Source of the DNA: Vitrella brassicaformis CCMP3155
Taxonomy: Eukaryota; Protista; Chromerida
Length of the DNA: 64,000 bases
Reading direction: 5' to 3'
Assembly (NCBI GenBank): GCA_001179505.1
Contig: CDMY01000218.1
Span: 62,001 to 126,000 of the forward strand
Positions 37,617 through 50,483 of the stretch are shown here, piece after piece (position 1 is the first letter of the stretch; each line of letters opens with the position of its first letter). The notes below the pieces were generated by a model. It saw only the letters and a program-made list of their open reading frames with translations. It did not search any database and was not told the origin of the DNA. Position numbers and translations under genes: made by a program.

Positions 37617-38550
37617 GTCAGGGAATGGTTGCTGGCTGGCACCAAGTTCCAGTGGGACGATGACATGCAGGTCTACACCGCCCCATTCGTCATGGCAGGC
37701 GTCAACGTCAAAGTCGTGCGGTCAGAAACACGACGCACACCACATAAGACGACGACAGGCGAGCATCCACTCTGTGTGTGTGTGTGTGTGTGTGTGTGCA
37801 GACGCACGGCAAGTCTGCTCAAGGAGCTGTACGGTGAGGAGTTCAGCTACGACGAGTGCGCGGGCATCAAGAACCGCCTGGCGGCCAACGTGGCACTGGG
37901 CGCTTTCACGGCCATGGAGTACCTCAACAGCTTCACCATCGTCCGCTCCATAGCCAAGCGACTCGTGCCACAAGGTGACCTACAAGGCCTCCACCAGCAC
38001 ACACGTCGTCAATGAATGTCTCCCTCCTGTCTGTTGGTTGATGTGCAGGTTCTGGTCCGAGTGAGAAGGTCATGACCAGCGGCTATTTCGACGCCAGAGT
38101 CGTCGGCAAGACCAAAGACGAAAACGGGGTCATCCGCAAAGTCGTCGCCACAGGTCTGACAATGCACACACACAGAGAGAGAGACAGAGAGAGAGGGGGA
38201 CACCAGATCATCCGTCTGTGTGTGTGTGTGCGATGATCGATCAGTGGGCAGCAAGCTCGGCGACCCTGGGTACATGGAGACGGCCAAGATGGTGGGCGAG
38301 AGCGCCCTGTGCGCCGCACTGGACGGCTCCACCACCCCGTCCACCTACGGCGTGCTGACCCCCGCCACCGCATTCGGCGACGCACTCATCAAGCGGCTCA
38401 GGAACGCTGGCATGACATTCGACGTGGAAGAGCTGGGAGCAGGTAGACGAGACGGCGACACACACACCGTTCTGTTGTTGGCAACAATTTGATGGTGTCG
38501 GTCTGTTTGTGTGCGTGTGTGCAGCTGAGGCGCCCCCAACCAGCGCGTAA
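36641..38550 (+). CDS. Saccharopine dehydrogenase-like oxidoreductase (SCCPDH / trans-acting enoyl reductase family)
   Basis: FDVIVWGATGFTGK Rossmann motif, ALGGRS, VVGPFAQHGEPLVAACAEAGTHYVDITGE, HACGFDSVPSDMG, GGFSGGT, GDPGYMETAKMVGESALC, GVLTPATAFGDALIKRL. Confidence 0.9.
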
Positions 38551-39276
38551 ACGACCTGCGAGCGAGGGAGAGGGGAGAGTGTGTTAGTGGGGTGGACCAT
38601 GATGATGAAACTGGCGACCAAGAGCTTATCTGCGTGAGCGTTTGCTCTTGCTCTTGCTCTCGCGGCCATGGCCACTACATGGACACAATACAATGTATGT
38701 ATGTGTGTATGTATTGTATATGCCGTATGGTGACCGGGCTGTCTGTTCGATCCACTCTTTTCTTGAAGCCTGTTCGTCCCCTTCGTCCCTGCCTGCCTGC
38801 CTGCCTGCCTGCCTGATTGGCTGGTTGGCTGCCTGGCTGCATCCGGCTCGTGCGTGTGCATGTGTCTTGTACGTTTTGATTCATTCATTCATCTGTGTGT
38901 GTATGTGTGTGGTGCAATCAATTGATGTTTCTAGTGTGCGTTTGCCAGTGTACAGCTAGCGCGGCCGGTGGCTTGGGCATCCATCGATTTTCATGTGTGC
39001 ACCGGCACATGGCAGACGTCCAGAGAGAGCGGGTCCCGGCCGCGTCGATTCGTTCGAACACAGCAGGAGAGGGGGTGGAGGGGAGCTCGTGAGGGGTGAA
39101 CACACGCATGCAGAAAGACACACGGACATAGACAGACTGCTGCGTCATCCATGTCTGTGTGTCTGTGTGGGGGGGTCATGTGGACTCATTTAGGACTCAT
39201 TCATGTGTTGTGTCAGTGATTAGGCCTCTCAATCAATGCATTACTCTGTGCGCGTGTGCGTGTGTGTGTCATCTGT

Positions 39277-42200
39277 TCACCCGCAGGCGTCATCCACCTT
39301 CCGCAGCCGCCTGCGGGCTGTGGTCTTCGGCTTCACCTTCGCACGCACCTAAACCGCACAAACACACATACATGCAGTTCGACGCGTCGCATGTCGTGTG
39401 CACGTCTTTTCTCTCACCTTTGGCTTTGGCTTTGGCTTGGGTGCGTTCTCGTGGGCCGACGAAGAGTCCGATGAGGACGGCTCGCTGATGTCACTCTCGC
39501 TCACAGATGAGTCGGACGATGAACCACCATGACGATCATCCTCGTTCGTGCGCTTGGCAGGCCTGCGCTTCGGCTTGGCCTTGGCCTTGCCCCTCGCCGG
39601 CTGCACCCTCTTGGCCACACCGCGGTCCTGCAGAGGGACCTGCACACGCACACACACACACAGAGACACTGCATGAGCGAGACACGGCGTTTGGTATAAG
39701 AAATCTGCTGACCATTTCCTCATCCGAGGAGTCCATGATGTCGCCCCCATCGCTGTGGTGTCGTCCGATGTCCTCTCTATCTCGCTGCTGCTTCTTGATC
39801 TTGCTGGCAGCTCGGGTGGTGGCCGCCTGGCGTTTCTTGCTCTTGTTGGCTGCGGGTGCTGCAGGTCTGGGTGGTGGGAGTATGGCGCTGCCGATGGGGA
39901 TGTCGTTCATCGACTGGATGGTGTCGAGGAGCTTCACCAGCGCTGAGGCTTGCTGCTGGAGGGTAGACGCTGTGGCCTTGGGGGCGGCTGCTGCTGCTGC
40001 TGATCGGGTGAGGAGGGAGACACATCATGGATTCATTGTCGGTTTGTGCACTGGTTTATTCTGCTTCTCACTTCCGTCGTCATCTTGGTCGTCGTTTGCC
40101 CGTGCTTGCGGTCCAGCTGCCTTCTTGACGGCATTTTTCAACGCCGTAAGCACCTGAAACATACACCAAAGATGGAAGAGCGGCCTCTCGTGTGATGCCA
40201 TCCACAAAGAGGCACACACACACAGAGATACGGACCTGTTTGTGTTGCTGTATGATGCTCTTGAGCAAAGCTTTGTTTGCGTGGCTCTCGAGCTTGGCTT
40301 TTGTGGTTGCGATGAAGTCGTGAGTGACCTGGCAGCTGCTCAGCAGCTTCGCCAGCCGGTGCGCGTGCTCTGGGTGGGCCATCAACATCTCAAACAAGAC
40401 CTTATCCATACCGCACTCTGACACACACACAAACACGGACGAAAAGATATCCACTGGAGACACACACACACACGCCGGCAGACAGCGCCTGACTGACCAT
40501 TGCAGAACTTGCTGATGAAGGTCACGAGCCGTTCCCACTCGGAATCGTCGAGGTCGTCCATCGCAAGAGCAGTCGACAGCTGCGTGCACAGCACACGGAC
40601 AGCCAGAGTGTGTCGATATGTACCGCCTCCCGCATTCACATTCATTCATACCATTTGGTTGAGGTACACGAGCATGACGTTGCCGCCTCTTGCCCTGCCC
40701 CCGCCCGCTGCGGCCCGTCGGCTGAGTGGATTCTCCATGCTGCTGGTCTTGAGCTTGGACAGATACAGCGACAGCTGGTGCTCCGTCGCACTCCGCAGAC
40801 CGCCGTGGCTGCTCACCACACCACTCACCAACTGCACCAAGCCATGATTGTGCACTCATGTCGTGTCTGTGGGTGTGTGGGTGTGTGGGTGGGTGGGTGT
40901 GAGAATGGCTTTCTGCTTACCGCACAACAGACGCCCGAGTCGAGTCGCAGGTGTCCGCTTCTGAGCATGTGGATGAACACCGTCATGAGCTGGATCTTGA
41001 GCCGCGCAGGCGTGTCATCGGTCGACGCCAACTGGGAGAGCGAGGAATGACATATATGACCGTGTCTCACTCAACCCCCCCGGGACCCACCTCCAGCATT
41101 GACGGCAGCAGCGTCTCGAGGACCTGCCCATGCGACTGGCCGATGGTGAGCACGAGCCGCACACACATCATCTTGACATCCAGCAGGGCTGACGAGTCGG
41201 CCCGGCGCATCTTGTGGCTGGGGCGGGCACACAGCAGCGAAACAAAGAGGGGCACCACACGATCGGCGAAGTGCGATGACGGCAGGTGCATCAACTTGGC
41301 TGAGAAAGTGGGAAAAGAGACACAGCAGGGGAGGAGGATGGTGTGTTAGCATTTCTGTCCGTCCCTGTGTGCGTGACGGTACCTGTCGCGTAGATGGCTG
41401 CGTGAAGGATGGGCTGTGGGGGCATCTCGGCATTGATGGACTGGACGACGGTCGTCATGACACGGGCAACCAAATCGGCAAAGTGCGACAGCGGACCTGA
41501 CGGGGAAAACGATGTCACATCCGTGGCTTCTCTTCTTCTGCTGTCCCACTGACCTTGTTCGATGCACTCGGCCATGACCTTCTGCAGTGCCCTTTCTCGC
41601 ATCTGTCTGTGGTTGTCCTGTTCGATGGTGTCCATCTCCTGCTCGCCGTCTGCCGCCACATCACCCTGATCCTCGTTATCCTCCTCACCCAACACCTCAA
41701 GGGGGCAAAGGAGACAACACACACATGATGTGTGTGTGGTGTTGGTGGTGCGCTTGTAATATTTGTCCTGTCGGCTCCTTACTGTGACGGAGCATTTCTC
41801 GTAGTGGGCCTTGCTGGAGTGTGCGTAGAACAATACAGACTCGCCGATGAGGTCCAGAAGCGAGGGCAGCGATGCACTGCACTCGCCACCACCAAGAATG
41901 GCCTGTGCCAGGGGCAGTGGGGAGATCCCCCCCACATACACACATGAACAAAAGGGAGTTTCGCTCCTACCGAGATGTGTTGGCCGGCATCGATGAGCGT
42001 TTCCATGAGTTTCTGTCTCGGCCTCTTGTAGACGAATAGCAGTGACAGCACATCCCTCACCGCAGCACATGGCAACGAACCATCGACCGCACTCAACCTG
42101 ACACATAACACAATGTCATCCCATCAGCTCCCCTCTGTGTGCCCGTCTGTCATTGGCTTACTTGTTTCGGATCAGTGTGGGTATGTCTTGGTTTGCGAGA

Positions 42201-45200
42201 AGGTGTCTCCTGCAGGAGGGCAGCAGGCTCGCCAGGACGACCACACCCGTCACACAACACCTGCACACCAGTACGCAGATACACAACAGTACGCACCACA
42301 TCGTACACGCCTCTCTTAAGAATAGCTTGTGGTCGTCATATCGTCATCCCTTACCGCAGAGCGAACACAGATTGCGTCTCGGTATGCTTCAGCAACTTCA
42401 CGAGTCTGTCGACCATCTCGGCAAACACGTTCTGCATCGCCGCCTTGTGCCGGGCTGCGCGGCGCTGCACCTGTGCACACGCACACACACACACACAATA
42501 CAGACGCAGGGCCGGATATACTGACACGAGGCCGCCGGCCTGTGTGTGGTTGCCTACCTCCTTTGCGATTTCGTCCACAGATGCGGACGCGCTGGCTTGT
42601 GTCTCGGATGTGTTGCTGTTGGTCGTCTTCTTTCGGGTGAGGGCCTGCTGTGCGCCCGACACGAGTGATGTGACGAGGAGAAGGGTGTGCAGGGCGACGC
42701 CGTCGTGCTCGGGCGGCTCCTGGTCGTCGGGGGACGCTGGGGCGACGCCACTCTTGAAAAGAACCTGACACTCAAGACAAGGCAGGATGTCTTATTATGT
42801 GCACACGCGCGCGTGTGTGTGGTAACCCGCAGTTTGCTTCCACTGGCCTCCTCCTCTGTCTTGGCAGCCGCGTCGAGAGCCCCACCATCATCCTGCTGCA
42901 GAGAGGTGTGGGCATGGAGGATGATGCACAGAGGGAGGTCGTGCATGTGGGGGGGATTAGCTCACCTGTGCGGCGAGTCGTTTGAGTGCCTCGGCCGATG
43001 CTTTGTGTATGACGTCTCCGGGCAGCCCTTCATCGACTGTCGACAGCACGCGGATCAGCAGATCGCACGGCAGGACGCCATGGCCGCAGCCTGTCAGCAA
43101 CAACAATACACAGATTGGTCGCTAATCTATGTGCATTCTGTGTGTCTCGTGTGTGACCGCTGTGTGGTGCGATGTGGTCTAGGCAGATGTGAGGGGAATA
43201 CTGACACAGGCACCAAATTAAAGGCAGGCAGTGTGAGTGGCGAAGCGGTGGACGTCTGTGTGGAAACCGCGCATACGAATTCGCTGGACAGCAGAACTTC
43301 GGTGGCACTCCGGATCCCCCTGACACACAGAGACACGGATGTGCGTGGCACATAGAGTGTATGCACTCATTGTGCTAGTGGCTTACCACTGGTTGAGTAG
43401 AGTGATGACGCTGTCAGTGAACTGCCGCACGTTGCTCCACTTGGGCAGCAGACCGCTCATCAACAGCTGACCACACACACATCCATGAGACACACATGAC
43501 TTATGGCATCGGATCGGTGCGCCCACTTTGACGATGCGCCGCAGTGAGGGAGATCCGAACAGCTCGCCGATGAAGAAATCCAGCCCCAACTCACACGACA
43601 GCACACCTGCATTGAGGGCACACCCACACACGCATGGATGGATTTCCCTCTGTCTGAGGGTGTTGTGTCCCACTTGCGAATCCTTCAGATGCCTGGAAGA
43701 CCGCCAGCAGCTCCTGCTCGACGCCCTTGAGCAGCGTGACGTCCTCGGGGGCCGCTGCGACGGACTTGAGAAGCGACAAGAACCACATGTTACCCAAACT
43801 CGACAACTGCATATGCACACACACATATGCACATCGACAAGCGTCTTCATGACGGCCGCTCTCCCCGCTGCCCTTACCCTTTGTGTGTCCTCCTCTGCCC
43901 ATCCTTGCTGCCCATTGTCGATGGAGTGTATGGCGATGATGGTCTTGCGACACGCAGTCAGGGCGGTCATTTTGGCCTTCTTGGAAGTGTCGGCGCAGCC
44001 CCGCTCCAGCAGGGCCGACAGCATGTCGAGCACTGCCGATGGGGGCAGGTGGTGGACGACTGGCTCGATGGCTGATGAGAGTGTGGTGAATGCCTTGCTG
44101 CGGGTGAGGGCGTCGCCGTCGCAGCACAGCAACTCAACAAACGACTGAGGCAGAACAAGGAGGGAGGGAGGGAGGGAGGGAGGGAGGGGAGAGGGGAGAG
44201 GGCAGGTGCAATTCGTCCGTCCCATGGCGATTTACCAGGTCAGGTTCGGTCTCGTCATCGATGTCCTGCAGCTGAACACACACACAGGCGCGCGCGCGAT
44301 ACACATGCATGAATACCCTCATATTCTTTGGCCGACTTGTTGGATGAGTATGGGGATGCATCGCGCCACGAGCAGCTTCCGGCCGGCAGCCTGCTTGAAC
44401 AGCGAGGGATGTTTCGACAGCACACACGCCAGCGCCGTGGTGAGGTGCTCGCCATGCCGGCAGCGCTTCTCGAGGCCCGTCAGGAAATCAAACACAGCTG
44501 CAACGAACGGACGCACACTGCAGGATACGTGTAAGGGAAGGAGCGGTGTGTATGTTGGCCGACCTTTGTAGGACACGTCTGCGAGGCAAAGGGATGCGAT
44601 GATGGTGGCCGCGCGGGAGCCGTCGAGGATAGAGTTGGTCAGGGGCAGCAGTTGCTGGACAAGGCCGACCTTCTGCGCCACACTGAACGCTGTGGGCAAT
44701 CCGACACTGACCAACACGACCCCCCCCCCCGCCCCCCCACACAAAGGACACTGATGCAGGCGACCGATCCCTGCCTGTGCACATACGCGGGTACAGCTGT
44801 GCAGCATGCTTTGATGGCGGCCACTCCCATTTGGGAGTCCACGCCCACAACCGACAACACACGCACACACGAACTGCACACACCGACACCAACATAATGA
44901 CCAACGGAGAACCATCCTGTTGTCACGATACGTCGCCTGCATGCCTCGCCCACCTGACGCAGAGCGCCACGGCGGCCTCTCTCTCGTTGGGCACGAACCG
45001 CTCTGCCGCGAGTGCGAGGGAAGTGGACGTGATGGTTGAGATTGCCTTGAGGCAGTCCAGCAGTGCGCTTGGCGCGTTGGTGCCGTCGTCACCCTCCATG
45101 AGGTCGTCGTCGGCTGGCCGCTTCTTGCCCCTGCCCTTGGCCTTGGCCTTGGCGGCGCCGCCCTTCTTCTTGCCTAGTGCATTGGATGCAGACACGGCAC

Positions 45201-45797
45201 CATCTGCGGAGGAGAGGGCCGCAAGGAACACTGAATTGCGTCATTTGTCTGTGGCTTGTCGTGCTGCTCACCGCTGCATCTCTTGAGGGCCTCGTCGAGC
45301 AGCACCAACACACAAAACAACAGCTGCATCACACACACACGAAGGAGGAAACCAAGCTTGAGGTTCTGACTGTCTTGGAAGACACGAATCGAAGCTCAGC
45401 CACATAGATGACGGCGGGCTGTTCGGTCTCCCGACACATTGCACTGCAGCCGCCTTCGGTGAACCGACACACACGATGAGCCAACTGCAGCATAAAACAC
45501 AGAAACGGCGAATCCCTTGTCATAGCCTGCTGGAGTCATGAGGCGGGGACTTGCCTCGTAGATGCCGTCCATTCCCTCCTCCTCGCACCGCCTCACGATC
45601 AGCACATGTAGGGCAGCGAAGTCGGCGGCGCTCTTCTCCTTGCCGCTCCTGTTGCCCATGGCCGTCGTCACGTGATGGTTCAGCGCCGTCAGATCTTTGC
45701 TCATGAGGCTGGCGTGGGTTGAGGGGGAGATCCATTCTGGCGAAAGGCTGAGGTCACTGAAGATGACCACGCGCTCGCCCGGCTGCTCGCCCTCCAT
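39277..45797 (-). CDS. Large HEAT-repeat protein, probable condensin II subunit CAP-G2 (NCAPG2-like)
   Basis: More than 15 exons. Segments FKQAAGRKLL, CCDGDALTRSKA...LPPSAVLDMLSALLERGCADTS, WFLSLLKSV and SLRRIVKLLMSGLLP occur in the order remembered for conserved CAP-G2 blocks (EEGRRFL; DP.PMVRS...MPPTILIDLL...LAFDTS; FVDMLLKI; SRRLVSLIFNSFLP). Basic disordered C-tail. Recalled similarity, not a search result. Confidence 0.55.
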
Positions 45798-45989
45798 TTT
45801 TGTCGGGGAAGCGAGAGGTAGTGTTTACAGGTTTGTAAACACTGTGTGTCCAGAAAACATATACCATTATTTAGAATTCGTGATAAAGGAAGAAAGGACG
45901 AGTTTGCCTGATGTTGCCGGACCTTCCACCCACCGCTCCCTCCCTCCCGCCAGCTCGGACATCTACCTGCGCATCCGAGGGTACGTCAG

Positions 45990-48900
45990 TCATGTGATTG
46001 CCCGCGCGGCCCACTTCCGCACCTCCTCGCGCGACCCGGCGAAGACCACCCTCTCCTTGCAGTGCTCACACAGGTACTCCGGCTCGTCCAGCAGGTCCAC
46101 CAAAGCTATCCGGTCCTCCCTCTTGCGGCCCTGGTTCTGCCTCTCGATGTCCTCATTCTCCTTACCCCGCCGCACATTCTCAGCCCGCACTCTCTGGAGG
46201 TCCCGCTGCACCTTGCTGCATTGGTCGTCGTAGCACTGCCGGCACACCCGGAGGTGTCTGCAGGGCATGTACATGACCGACGGGGCCGCGTCGAAGCAGA
46301 TGGAGCACTCATGCCCATCTCCCTCTTGCTGGGCCGACGGCAGTTGCTGCTGCTGGTAGTGGGGCTGCTGTGGTGGTGGTGGGGCGGATGAGCTGCTGGA
46401 CGATGAAGGGGGCTGTTGTTGGACGCTGAGGGCAGCCAGCCTGAGGCAGACAGGACACCGTGCGTGACGATTAATTCGGATGTGACACTCGTGTCATTCC
46501 TACTTGCGATTGGTCTCCTCGAGTTGCTGTAGGTGGTGCAAGAGGGCCCTCTCGCGTTGCTGCTGCTCCTCCCGCTCCCTCCTCAGCGCGTCCCTCTCAC
46601 GCTGCACCTCACACTCAACAGAGGACGGCCCAACCGGCGACCTGCACACCACACCCACAGCACTAAGATATGGATGTGTGGAAGGATGCAGGCGTTGCTT
46701 CCTTCACCTACCCGTGAGCAGACGTGGCCGACTCGGTACCCTGTTGGTCGGCCGAGCAGCTGCGGTCTGCTGCGTAAGTCTCGTCCGCAGCGAACAGTGG
46801 GAAGGGAGGCGGCGGTGGTGAGGGAGGCCCAACTTCGCCGCCAAACTACTCACCATAGTCGCTCCCATCGTCAGCAGCGGTACACGGTCCCGCCGACCAG
46901 TCGCCACGTAATGCACTGCCGCTCGATGTTGTGGCAGCTGCAGCTGCGGCAGCCGCCATGGTGTGACGGGGGCTGGGAGTGCCATTGTAGTTGTGTGTGT
47001 GGTGGTGATGGCCGCCAGGTGGGCGGGGCGCGGGCAGCATTGGGGGAGGGGGTGGGGGGAACGGTGGGGGGGTGAGAAGCGCCAGAGGGCTGAGCAGGAA
47101 TGACACGTAGATGGTGGATGGAGAAGGTCCTCGTTTGCATACAAGCCCACCTGTGTTGTTTGGCTGACGGGGCTGCCATCGACACCGCTTGATGCTCACC
47201 AGCTAACCCATTCGATAGGGAGAACACATTGCTCCGACGACCCACAGAGCTGCAGGAACACGGAGAATGATTCATGGTCACGTCAGCGGTATGGTGCGGC
47301 GTGTGCGTGTCTTACGGGGAGGGCATGTTGGCTGCAGCCACTGCGGCAGGACCTTCTACCACACATGGGGATTGATAGGTGGCCTTGCCGAGGGCACTCG
47401 GTGGCGACGAAGTCGAAGAGAGTGGCAGGAGACGGCCATCCGGCGGCTGCTGGGTGGCCACGGGCTTGTTGATGGTCTCCTTTTTGGGGTTGAATGGTCC
47501 GCCGCCATCGTTGCCCTCGTCGCCAGAGACGATGTTTGACGGCACGCACGCCGTCAGCTGCCTGCACCAAGAGGGCAACAACGAATGATGTCGTGTGTAG
47601 TGTTGCCTGGCGTTTGTGTGTGTTGGTGTGTGTACCCCTGGTTGACAAGGTCATTGGATGGAGCGGCCGCAGATACCGAGGGCAGGGGTTGCTCATCGGC
47701 CGACCCACCGTCGCCCTCCTCCTTGGCCGGCATGGCGCCGTTCTCGTCATCAGACAACTCACCACTGAGAGAACAACAGGAAGGGGATGGCACACACTCC
47801 TCTATGCTCCTCAGACTTACCCTGATTGGTCTACAGGAGCGCTCGACGATGACGCAGCAGCGGGTGCACTGGCTTGCCCCCCTCCCCCTCTACCGCCCTT
47901 GTTCTTCTTTCTGTTGTGTCGCTTCTTCTTCTTTGCTGTGCCACTGCTGGCTGGGTGGGGCGCCTGCGGGTCGTCGTCGAAGGACATGTTGGCGATGGCT
48001 TTGTTGTAGCGTTCGGTCTCGGCTTTCTCGACGCCATCAAAGATATCGCGCAGCTGCATGGAATGTCAGCCACACCACGGACAGAGAGAATGACTTATCA
48101 TGACATCGGCGAAGGGGGCGTGGCGTGTCTGTCCTGGCTGACCTTTGTCAACACGTTGGTGTGTTTGCTCTTCTTGCCACGCCGCTGCATCTCGCGGAGC
48201 GACTTGACAGAATCGAGCTGACCACACGCGCACACAAAGAATACAGAACGCTCCACAGTTTCCTCAATTCCGTCGGCGCCGTCGACCACCGTCTCCACGG
48301 CGCTCTCAATACGAAGCAGCGGTGCAATGGATGCAGCGGCGCCAGTGAGCGAAGTGGTTGTCAACACGTGCACACGCAGCACGGCCCTGCATATGACAGA
48401 GGCGAACCCAGCCCTGTCGGCGACCTGACGAAGGCCCAAGCACCAACCAATACAGGCAGGGAGAGATTGTATGCCACGCAAAGGAAGGGCGCCGGCTCCC
48501 CACATGCCTACCTACCGGCGGTGAGACGGCCGCAATCCTAGCCATCAGGTCCGTCAGATTAGCGAGGATGGCCAGCCCCACTGAGGGTGTCCGTGTCAGT
48601 CTGTCGTCGTTGACGAGCTTGACACAGATGGCGGGCAGCCCAGAATCGATGAGCGAACCAATGTCATCTGCACACACAGAGACACAGCGGATGGCGTCCT
48701 TCCTTTCGCTCCCATCTCCCCTTCTCCCCGGCCACTCACCCGTTATGCAGCACTGGAATGGCGTCGCGAGGACGATGCTGATCTGCGCGGCTCTGTTTAC
48801 GTCTGGCATTGTGTGCCCGTCGACGAACAGCGGTGGAGGTCCGTCGTTGACGGATGCAAAGATACCCCTGAAGACCTCTGGACGGAGCACTCTCTCTACG

Positions 48901-50130
48901 AAGGGCCTGCAGTCGTCCGCTACACACGATGCACCTGCACTCACCACACGTTGGCGCCACACAGCCAGTCGGGTATGTACCGGCGCCCTATTTGTTGTCT
49001 ACGACTCACTCGTTCATAGGTATGCACCTGGGAGATCCTTGGCCGCGGCCATCGGTCGGGAGACGAGCTCGCTGATGAGGCCTAGCTTGAGCGATGCCGC
49101 CCACTTGTCTTCGGCTGTGGCACTCTTGGATCCGATGACGCCCACGAGCTGGTCTACATGGACAAAGGCGTGCTTCTGAAGCGCACCACACACGGCCGTC
49201 AGCGTCTCAACCGTCGGCACTGAACCACCAAGCATCACCACACACACACATTTGTATGCCTGACGATCTGGACCGACCGACTCGCGCTCACCGTTGCCGA
49301 GCACTGCCGATAGGAACGCGAGCATCGAAGCGCGGTGCGAGTGGTAGGGGTCCATCAAGTTGCTGTGCGACACCGCAAACAGTACGTGCAGCAAGGAGAG
49401 CCGCAGCCACACCAGGGCCGCCGACGGCTCCACGTCAGCCAGCAAAACCTCGACTAACGACTCCACCATGGTGGCAAGACTATCGAAGCCATCCCTGACG
49501 AGATCAACAACAATATGCAGGCAAGACAAAGAGCGACTCAGGCAGGGGTCACTCATTCTTTGCTGTATGTATTGTTCGTCCAGACCTGAGCGCGGCGATC
49601 CCAGCGTCCTCCATCATGCCCAGGCAGTCTCCGTGGTTGGCCACCAGATGCTCGTGGAAGTCTCGCGTGTTGCCGATGGCCTTGCCATATCGGAGGATGC
49701 CCAATAGGAGTATGCAGATGACCGAGATGGACTGACGACGCCCCTGGAGTGCCAGCATGAGGTCGACCAGAACGGTCACGAGTCCCTGCGGCGACCCCTG
49801 GCGGGCGATGAGCTCCTGGATGAACGCATCTCTCCTCGCGGCTGGCTCCATCAGCTGTGCCGCCATTGCCAGGCTCATCTCTCTGATGGCCCAGGGCGCT
49901 CCAGGGTCCGTGACGATCACCCAGAGAAATCTCGCGGCACGGGCGACGTTGCCGCACCGAAGGACGAAGCGGTTTAGAATCGCCAACTTGATGCCTTCTG
50001 AGCCGGAATAAGTGGCAAGGCAAACGAGGTGTGTTGCGAAGGCCTGGACATCACTTGCTGCCAGAAGAGCGTCGACTTCAGCCGCAACGTCATCAGGAAG
50101 GGTCAACAAGGGCACGGCCGGGGTGGTCAT
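45990..50130 (-). CDS. Helical-repeat (ARM/HEAT-like) protein with a C-terminal C3HC4-type RING interrupted by an insertion; putative E3 ligase
   Basis: Start MTTPAVPLLTLP; Leu-rich helical exons; C-terminus CSICFDAAPSVMYMPCRHLRVCRQC...(insert)...YLCEHCKERV. Confidence 0.7.
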
Positions 50131-50483
50131 CGCTACGGACGGGATCTACCAGGGGGCTGCTACAGGGGCTGCATCTGCGCCGCAAAGAAGAGGCCTGAAT
50201 GAATTGAATGCAAGATGCAGCCATGTGTGCATCAAATTTTCAATTTTCCTCTCAGCTCTTGCTCACCGCGACAGTGCCTCTTGCAAACAGCCACCACAGT
50301 CAAACGCTTCCGGATCCCTTTTGCTCGCCGCGAGCTTCAAGCTCGCATCCGTCGAGGAGGAACGCGAGGCGGTTTTTGGTTTTTCTGGAGCGGCGCAAGC
50401 GTCGGAAAGCCTCCTGCAAGTGTGTCGCTTGGCAGTGGCCAGTATTGCTGGAGATGCGCACAAGGCCTTGACACCAACTCACC

